From NCBI GenBank assembly GCA_964016885.1, contig OZ024745.1:88536001-88600000 (forward strand): a stretch of DNA of 64,000 nt. Reading direction: 5' to 3'. Position numbers and translations under genes: made by a program. The notes beneath the pieces are model-generated. The model did not search any database and was not told where the DNA came from. It was given only the letters and a program-made list of their open reading frames with translations. Positions 55,630-64,000 of the stretch are shown one piece after another; position 1 is the stretch's first letter, and the number at the start of each line of letters is the position of its first letter. The DNA comes from Eledone cirrhosa (taxonomy: Eukaryota).

Positions 55630-57834
55630 TTAAAATTTATATTTAAAAGTTGAGTTTAATCTATGTTTGCAGCAACTGAATAAATTTGTCCGTAGATTAA
55701 GGGAATTTTTAGATTTTAGTATAAAGAATATCTCCTCTGCGCAGACGTCACATGTCTCAGAGGATGAATTAAAAGGAATCCCTCTTGAGACTATATTCCA
55801 AGCCGTCGAATATCTAACGTTATCTAGCTTAAGTTGCCAGAGTACGCCTGATAGTGCCGTTGAAGATTTTTTGCTTGGATCTGTGAAAGAATTCTTGTGG
55901 TTATTATAGCGAAGTTTAAATTCCGTCGATGTGGAACCGACGTAGTTAAAAGAATTAGAGTCAGTTTTAACATTACAATTGTATACTATATTTTTAACTA
56001 AGCAGTTGTTATTTAACGGACATTTAGATCTATCTCTACAGTTACATTTGGTAACTTGTATATTATTTATGCTATTATCACTAGGTTTTAAGTTCCTATT
56101 ATTTATTCTATTAATATTTTGTGCTAAATTTTTGGTGGATGAGTAGGTTAATTTTATAGTATGTCTATTGAAAATTGAGTGATACCTATGTGTTCTAGGG
56201 AAGCGATTATCAAGAGCTTTAAAAAATAGTTTAGCGATGTGGGTTTTAATGTTTAGTGAGAAAGGGGGGGGGGGCAAACCAAATTATGTTCCTAGTTCTA
56301 TTTCTTTTTTGGCCTTTGGAATTATTGTAATGCTTTCTATTATAGTTATTAAGGTTGTTGCCGTAATTAAAATAGTTGTTATTTTGTTTAGTTTGTCTAT
56401 CATTATCTATGTACATAATCTTATCAGTATATCCTGCTCTAGCTAATGCTTCATTGTAGTATTGGGCTTTTTCGTCGAAAATCTTTCTATTCGACGAGAT
56501 CCTAGAGATACGTTTTTGAACAGAGTTTACTATAGTGTTTTTGACAGATCTGGGGTGGTTAGATTTAAAGTTGACATAGTTTAAGTTTTCATTCAACTTG
56601 TGAAAAGGATAGTGAAGACATGTGTTGAGATTTAATGTTATATCTAGGAAATTGACTATTCTATGGTTGTTCTCAATTTCTATTTTAAGATTAAAGTAAT
56701 TACAAAATTGTGTAATTTGTTTACGTTTTCTATTTAGTTCAGAGTTATTATTATCAATAAGTAAAAGCATGTCATCTCTATATAAACCTCCGGTAGTACC
56801 AGGTATTTTCCTATGTAGCGAATTGATTAAAAATAAGCCCACAAGGTCAGTTACCTGAGCTGAGTCGGATGATCCCATAGTAATGTCAAAATTGCTATCT
56901 CTATCTGCTCTGGTCCATAGTTGGTCATTAAATTCTATCAAAGTTTTCCTAGCCGATAATATAATATGCATTTCATTGCTAGTTAGGTCAGTATGTTTGA
57001 ATGCGTAATTTAGTGCCTTATTTAGTAGATTAGGGGTAATAGAAGAAGAATAGTTAGCAATATCAAGTTGAATAAACTTATTATTATTGTTATATTTAAT
57101 TTGCTTAAACCACTCAACAACCTCTCCAGTTCCCTTCCACAAGCTCAGGTTAGATAAACAATCCAAGTTCTTAATTTGCTGTATCACCCTGTCAAGAATG
57201 TTTTTGCTTAATTTGCCCAGGTCCGATTTTGATGGTGCGATCAATCTAACTGGCAAGTCATTTTCAAAATTCCTCTTGTGTTCTTTCATATTGATCTTCG
57301 GTTTCCTGGGCACGAAAGGTTGTGTTCTGTTCTCAATTTCCAACTCGTGCATTATACAAGATGCTTCGACATTCATTTTCTCAAGCTCGGCCTTATCTTC
57401 TACCTTGTACTTTTTCCTCAGTTCCTTCAGTATGAGGCCATTATAGTGTCTTTCTGCACTCCATAGAGGTTGTTGGTCTTGTCAGATTTCACCAAGATCT
57501 TCTCAGTTCTCTCTAAGCTCTCAATATTATCCTTAATGCCTTTCAGATATTCCTGGCCTTTGAAGTTTCTCTTGAATTTGACCCCTTGTATGATAGAAAT
57601 TATATCGTTTTCAAAGTCAGATAAAAGTTTGTTAGGGGGTGGATTTCTTTTAGATTTGAAAACTTTGTTTAAGTCCGAGATATTTTCATTTATATTAGAT
57701 TTATCAAAGTGGAATGCTCGCCACCTGATTCTCCTTATAAAAGAGTCAGATTTCTCTATTAATTGTTTTATAAAGTCTTTGTTTCTAGGTAGAGGTATGT
57801 CTTTTAAAGAGGAAGTAATCTTAAAGAATTCCAT
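55630..57834 (-). pseudogene. PLE RT plus GIY-YIG endonuclease (Naiad-type), frameshifted
   Basis: MEFFKITSSLKDIP..DIANYSSSI..MGSSDS..GGLYRDD..FLD..CNCRDRSKC (CxCx5C)..IVY..YVG..FKLRYNNH..CDVC.EE..CKH. There is a -1 deletion near 57445 and a -2 deletion in the G-run at 56264-56274 relative to the other copy. Confidence 0.93.
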
Positions 57835-58012
57835 TTTTCCAGTTATAATATAAAGCGCTCAACAGTATTGGAGCAAGATACATGGAAAGTTATATTTAAA
57901 TTGTTGGGTTACAACTAGTAAATATTTATAACTGATATAAAAGCACTCGACAAGTATTTGGAGTATATTTACGATATTAAATAAATGGAAACTATATTTA
58001 TAAAACCATATT

Positions 58013-58078
58013 TATTTCATTATATATATTTCAGGGATATCATATTAACAATATGCTATGCCTTCCTCAGACAAAATA
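58013..58078 (-). ncRNA. Type I HHR in the 5' pLTR
   Basis: Identical to the HHR at 54210-54275. Confidence 0.85.
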
Positions 58079-58403
58079 CAATATAAACAGTTTTATAGAT
58101 AAACAGATTTGACATACCGTACAACATCGACTTGTATTTGAAAAGTTGAATTGGCAGTGAAAAAATTGTACACAGAGAGAAAGAAAGAGAGAAAAAAGGA
58201 AAGAAAGACGGAAAACGAAGAAAAAGAAGAACAAGAAGAAATGCATGGAACAAAATAGAGAGATGGAAAGATAGATAAAGAGAGGAGAAGAACTTCATGT
58301 AAAGAAACAGAGAGATATATATATATAGAGAGAGAGGAAATAGAGATAGATATATATATATAGAAAACTAGGTAGTGGGAATATCCGTTGAGTAAACGTA
58401 TCA

Positions 58404-60296
58404 ATGATACATTTATTTATTTATTTTTTAAAAGACATACCTCTACCTAGAAACAAAGACTTTATAAAACAATTAATAGATAAATCTGACTCTTTTATAA
58501 GGAGAATCAGGTGGCGAGCATTCTACTTTGATAAATCTAATATAAATGAAAATATCTCGGACTTAAACAAAGTTTTCAAATCTAAAAGAAATCCACCCCC
58601 TAACAAACTTTTATCTGACTTTGAAAACGATATAATTTCTATCATACAAGGGGTCAAATTCAAGAGAAACTTCAAAGGCCAGGAATATCTGAAAGGCATT
58701 AAGGATAATATTGAGAGCTTAGAGAGAACTGAGAAGATCTTGGTGAAATCTGACAAGACCAACAACCTCTATGGAGTGCAGAAAGACATGTATAATGGCC
58801 TCATACTGAAGGAACTGAGGAAAAAGTACAAGGTAGCAGATAAGGCCGAGCTTGAAAAAATGAATGTCGAAGCATCTTGTATAATGCACGAGTTGGAAAT
58901 TGAGAACAGAGCACAACCTTTCGTGCCCAGGAAACCGAAGATCAATATGAAAGATCACAAGAGGAATTTTGAAAATGACTTGCCAGTTAGATTGATCGCA
59001 CCATCAAAATCGGACCTGGGCAAATTAAGCAAAAACATTCTTGACAGGGTGATACAGCAAATTAAGAACTTGGATTGTTTATCTAACCTGAGCTTGTGGA
59101 AGGGAACTGGAGAGGTTGTTGAGTGGTTTAAGCAAATTAAATATAACAATAATAATAAGTTTATTCAACTTGATATTGCTAACTATTCTTCTTCTATTAC
59201 CCCTAATCTACTAAATAAGGCACTAAATTACGCATTCAAACATACTGACCTAACTAGCAATGAAATGCATATTATATTATCGGCTAGGAAAACTTTGATA
59301 GAATTTAATGACCAACTATGGACCAGAGCAGATAGAGATAGCAATTTTGACATTACTATGGGATCATCCGACTCAGCTCAGGTAACTGACCTTGTGGGCT
59401 TATTTTTAATCAATTCGCTACATAGGAAAATACCTGGTACTACCGGAGGTTTATATAGAGATGACATGCTTTTACTTATTGATAATAATAACTCTGAACT
59501 AAATAGAAAACGTAAACAAATTACACAATTTTTTAATTACTTTAATCTTAAAATAGAAATTGAGAACAACCATAGAATAGTCAATTTCCTAGATATAACA
59601 TTAAATCTCAACACATGTCTTCACTATCCTTTTCACAAGTTGAATGAAAACTTAAACTATGTCAACTTTAACTCTAACCACCCCAGATCTGTCAAAAACA
59701 CTATAGTAAACTCTGTTCAAAAACGTATCTCTAGGATCTCGTTGAATAGAAAGATTTTCGACGAAAAAGCCCAATACTACAATGAAGCATTAGCTAGAGC
59801 AGGATATACTGATAAGATTATGTACATAGATAATGATAGACAAACTAAACAAAATAACAACTATTTTAATTACGGCAACAACCTTAACAACTATAATAGA
59901 AAGCATTACAATAATTCCAAAGGCCAAAAAAGAAATAGAACTAGGAACATAATTTGGTTTGCCCCCCGCCCCCCTTTCTCACTAAACATTAAAACCCACA
60001 TCGCTAAACTATTTTTTAAAGCTCTTGATAATCGCTTCCCTAGAACACATAGGTATCACTCAATTTTCAATAGACATACTATAAAATTAACCTACTCATC
60101 CACCAAAAATTTAGCACAAAATATTAATAGAATAAATAATAGGAACTTAAAACCTAGTGATAATAGCATAAATAATATACAAGTTAACAAATGTAACTGT
60201 AGAGATAGATCTAAATGTCCGTTAAATAACAACTGCTTAGTTAAAAATATAGTATACAATTGTAATGTTAAAACTGACTCTAATTCTTTTAACTAG
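58404..60296 (+). CDS. 630 aa PLE reverse transcriptase ORF (Naiad-type), endonuclease cut by a TAC>TAG stop
   Basis: Uninterrupted RT with YRDD. The frame continues after the TAG (VGSTSTEFKLRYNNH..CCKHR) to TAA at 60608. The start ATG comes from the antisense pLTR. Confidence 0.9.
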   Translation: MIHLFIYFLKDIPLPRNKDFIKQLIDKSDSFIRRIRWRAFYFDKSNINENISDLNKVFKSKRNPPPNKLLSDFENDIISIIQGVKFKRNFKGQEYLKGIKDNIESLERTEKILVKSDKTNNLYGVQKDMYNGLILKELRKKYKVADKAELEKMNVEASCIMHELEIENRAQPFVPRKPKINMKDHKRNFENDLPVRLIAPSKSDLGKLSKNILDRVIQQIKNLDCLSNLSLWKGTGEVVEWFKQIKYNNNNKFIQLDIANYSSSITPNLLNKALNYAFKHTDLTSNEMHIILSARKTLIEFNDQLWTRADRDSNFDITMGSSDSAQVTDLVGLFLINSLHRKIPGTTGGLYRDDMLLLIDNNNSELNRKRKQITQFFNYFNLKIEIENNHRIVNFLDITLNLNTCLHYPFHKLNENLNYVNFNSNHPRSVKNTIVNSVQKRISRISLNRKIFDEKAQYYNEALARAGYTDKIMYIDNDRQTKQNNNYFNYGNNLNNYNRKHYNNSKGQKRNRTRNIIWFAPRPPFSLNIKTHIAKLFFKALDNRFPRTHRYHSIFNRHTIKLTYSSTKNLAQNINRINNRNLKPSDNSINNIQVNKCNCRDRSKCPLNNNCLVKNIVYNCNVKTDSNSFN

Positions 60297-62066
60297 GTCG
60301 GTTCCACATCGACGGAATTTAAACTTCGCTATAATAACCACAAGAATTATTTTACAGATCCAAGCAAAAAATCTTCAACGGCACTATCAGGCGTACTCTG
60401 GCAACTTAAGCTAGATAACGTTAGATATTCGACGGCTTGGAATATAGTCTCAAGAGGGATTCCTTTTAATTCATCCTCTGAGACATGTGACGTCTGCGCA
60501 GAGGAGATATTCTTTATACTAAAATCTAAAAATTCCCTTAATCTACGGACAAATTTATTCAGTTGCTGCAAACATAGATTAAACTCAACTTTTAAATATA
60601 AATTTTAATTTAAAATGTAGTATATTTAGTTTGATTTATAATTATATGGGAAACTAGCCGATAAATCTTTCGATTTCTTCTTTTTATTCTTTTTATTTTT
60701 ATTTTTATTTTTATTTAAACATTCTTCATGAAAAATTAAGCTACCCTAAAAGTTGATGCTCCAAATATTTCGAATAAACGTTACACTAGATAAACTTCTA
60801 TATTAAATATAAGAACACATGTAGACCAAATGGGCATCCTAAACTTTTTGAAATGATTTTTGCTAGATGCGATTTGATAAATAATGTTTAGTTTTATCTG
60901 TTTTTCGACTCTGATGCTTATAATGAACTTGGCAATATATTGTCAATTAATTTTGAAGGGTTGATCTTTGTGGTTTATTTTTATTATTGTAGTATTTTCT
61001 AATATTTTTATTTTTAATATGTAATATTTTTATATGTAATATTCTTTCGTAATATTTTTTAGTTTTCTATTTTATTATTATTTATTATTATTATTATTAT
61101 TGTTATTTTTTGGTTTTGTTTCTGATATATATTTTTTTTATTAATATATTGAAATCTGCTCTCTATTTCTGCTTGATAGATAATCTTGTAGAGTAAAGAC
61201 AATAGTAGTAATATAGACTCTATATATATATGTGTGTATATATATACACATATATGTATACTTAAATTTTTATAGCACAATGAGAATGTTTTCCGTGAAC
61301 TTAGGGTTTGCAGAGTTGATCATGTAAATTCACATAGATGTTTGTAGTTATCACATAAACATATGAATTTTTTTTTAAAAACTAAACATAAGATCATTAC
61401 TTTTCACACATTATGGATACATGTCTCATTCAGGAATACTGATATTTACAATATAGTGGCTGGTTTTTATACATACTAATACCTCTACATTAAAACATAG
61501 GGTTTTTATGCCTCGCCTATGTCTGGTTATTTTTAATTTTTCTCTCTATATAACAGCTGGTTTCTCTCCTAACCACATATATCTCCCTTACATTAATACT
61601 AGAGCTAAATAAATAAATAAATAAATAAATGTATCATTGATACGTTTACTCAACGGATATTCCCACTACCTAGTTTTCTATATATATATATCTATCTCTA
61701 TTTCCTCTCTCTATATATATATATATCTCTCTGTTTCTTTACATGAAGTTCTTCTCTCTTTATCTATCTTTCCATCTCTCTATTTTGTTCCATGCATTTC
61801 TTCTTGTTCTTCTTTTTCTTCGTTTTCTGTCTTTCTTTCCTTTTTTCTCTCTTTCTTTCTCTCTGTGTACAATTTTTTCACTGCCAATTCAACTTTTCAA
61901 ATACAAGTCGATGTTGTACGGTATGTCAAATCTATTTATCTATAAAACTGTTTATATTGTATTTTGTCTGAGGAAGGCATAGCATATTGTTAATATGATA
62001 TCCCTGAAATATATATAATGAAATAAATATGGTTTTATAAATATAGTTTCCATTTATTTAATACCG
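58428..62066 (+). mobile_element. Inverted second copy of the Naiad-type PLE (ORF, 3' UTR and pLTR)
   Basis: Reverse complement of ~54165-57808 with only scattered differences; it ends in (TA)n. Confidence 0.95.
61960..62025 (+). ncRNA. Type I HHR in the pLTR of the inverted copy
   Basis: tattttgt-CTGAGGA-..-GAAA-tatata-TA-atgaaata. Confidence 0.85.
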
Positions 62067-62097
<31 letters not shown>

Positions 62098-62140
62098 TTG
62101 TGTGTGTGTGTGTTTGTATATATATATGTATATATATATA

Positions 62141-62211
<71 letters not shown>

Positions 62212-62269
62212 TACATACATACATATATACACACACACACAATATCGAAGTCAATGAATGGTTTTCATA

Positions 62270-62580
62270 ATGCAGACTGCCAGACATACAGACATATTAT
62301 AAGGCCGCGACGTTATAGCTATGTATCTATCTAAAAAGACAGACTAAGAAAGAGAGAGGAATGTCGTATAACCGGAAGTGTTGACATTTAAACTTTTTAA
62401 AGAAGTGAATATTTAAATAATATATTTAATCTTTTAACAAAATTTAATAGACAAGAACACCCTCACTTTCTTACTTGGAAAAAGTTACATTTATGGTGCA
62501 AACTTGGTGCCTTTTGGTTCAGCTGTTTGACGAAAAGTTTGTTACATACATACGGCCGTCAGCTTTATTAGTATAGATAT
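62270..62580 (+). mobile_element. Helentron/DINE-like non-autonomous fragment
   Basis: Shares ~75 bp with 39830-39910 and ends acatacatacggccgtcagctttattagtatagat. Confidence 0.5.
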
Positions 62581-63271
62581 ATATATGAAGCTATCCAATA
62601 GAAACGATAAATGTTCAGTCGTTTTTGCACTCACTCCATAATTTAGTTAAGTCTGAATCATTAAGACACCAAGCCAAGGAAATTAGTGTGGACACTTATA
62701 CGTTTATTCGTGAGAAAAACGATCTCGTGTGGGTAGGAAAATTGATTATCCGGCCTCTAGTGTGTGTGTATGTGTGTGTGTGTTTGTGTGTGTGTGTGTA
62801 TGTGTGCGTGTGTGTGTGTGCGTGTGCGTGTGTATGTATGCGTGTGTGAGTGTGTATGTGTGTGTGATTTAATAGATTCTTTACCGTAGTCGACATGCAG
62901 ATTGGTTAATATGATTTGAATATTGTTTGGTAGAGCGTAATATTTATGGCAGGATATTATGTAACTATTACACGTATATTCTTTGTAAATCTTACATGTG
63001 AAACGACTCTCTCTCTCTCTATGCCACTATCCCCCTCTCCCCTCTCTCTCTATATATATATACTCACACGCATACACACAGATATGTATATATACATACA
63101 TATATATATATATATATTTACATACATATATATACATATATATTTACATACATATTTATACATATATATTTACATACATATATATACATATATATATTTT
63201 TTTATTATATATATATATAAATATACATAAATAAATTTTTATATATATGTGTGTGTGTGTGTTTATATGTG

Positions 63272-63389
<118 letters not shown>

Positions 63390-63818
63390 CACGCATGGAA
63401 ATATATATTTGCATATACACGAAAATATATCAATTTCTATTTTTAACACGAGTTTGTAACAAATAATTGCTTTCATTGCTGGCGAACTTCTCAAATGTGC
63501 TTCCTGTTCACGTTATGTTTAATGTAGTATAGTGTGGCATTGGTAATTGTAGGAACTTCTTTACTACACTTTGGTAAACTTCCAACCTTTCGAGGCGAAT
63601 GATATTTTTTCCCATTTAAAATCTCAGTATCCTACTATATGTTTGTATGTATGTGTATATATATATCTATATACACACACACACATTTATATGTATATAT
63701 ATATGTATGTCAAGGCAACAATTATTTTGTAAAGGACATTCGGACTTCTTTCTACAATTACATTTCTTCTCAATGTTATTTCCAGACCTTAAACTATTCA
63801 CATTATTATTTACAGTTG

Positions 63819-64000
63819 AATTGGCAGTATCGGTAGAGGGTTGGGCGCCATGCTTTCCAGCATAGTTACGTCCCTTTACGATCTGAGTTCAAATCGCGCC
63901 GAGGTTGACTTTGCCTTTCATCCTTACGGGGTCGATGAAATAAGGTACCAGTAATGCACTGGAATAATTGCTGCCCTTGTGCCAAAAGTAGAAATAATTA
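63819..64000 (+). mobile_element. Nin-domain SINE (full length)
   Basis: Matches the SINE consensus at 14490-14680. Confidence 0.9.

Larger units (their letters stand above)
54081..58428 (-). mobile_element. Full-length Naiad-type Penelope-like element flanked by direct pseudo-LTRs
   Basis: pLTRs at 54081-~54625 and 57884-58428 are near-identical. The coding region 57834->55630 is split into three ORFs by two frameshifts. A ~1 kb AT-rich 3' UTR follows, and the element abuts (TA)n. Confidence 0.95.

Noticed and set aside
55630-60608. Selenocysteine-encoding Naiad (in-frame TGA plus SECIS)
   Set aside because: The conserved Cys codons are TGT/TGC, the only in-frame stop is a TAG at a Tyr, and I recognised no SECIS in the 3' UTR.

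Overview
AT-rich, microsatellite-dense animal genomic DNA, probably an octopus or other coleoid cephalopod (inferred from the abundant Nin-domain tRNA-SINE and the (TA)n/(CA)n density). No host gene is confidently identifiable, and nearly all listed ORFs are microsatellite artefacts. The window is mostly retroelements. Penelope-like elements (PLEs) include a near-intact Naiad-type RT+GIY-YIG element forming an ~8 kb head-to-head palindrome (54081-62066), a second open RT at the window start, a decayed Naiad copy and a Neptune-like endonuclease fragment. There are also R4/Dong and RTE LINE fragments, about 20 SINE copies or fragments, a mariner MITE and Helitron/DINE-like pieces. The main non-coding signal is roughly 20 type I hammerhead ribozyme (HHR) motifs from about a dozen unrelated sequence families, all read by eye. 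They occur as (i) a retrozyme-like 3 x ~443 bp tandem array, (ii) tandem units whose HHR carries a large branched helix II insert with compensatory changes, and (iii) many fold-back palindromes whose inversion junctions often fall in HHR helix II or next to a small hairpin. Many of these families share a GAGTRCTT-like motif near their 3' end. None of the folds or family assignments were checked computationally.
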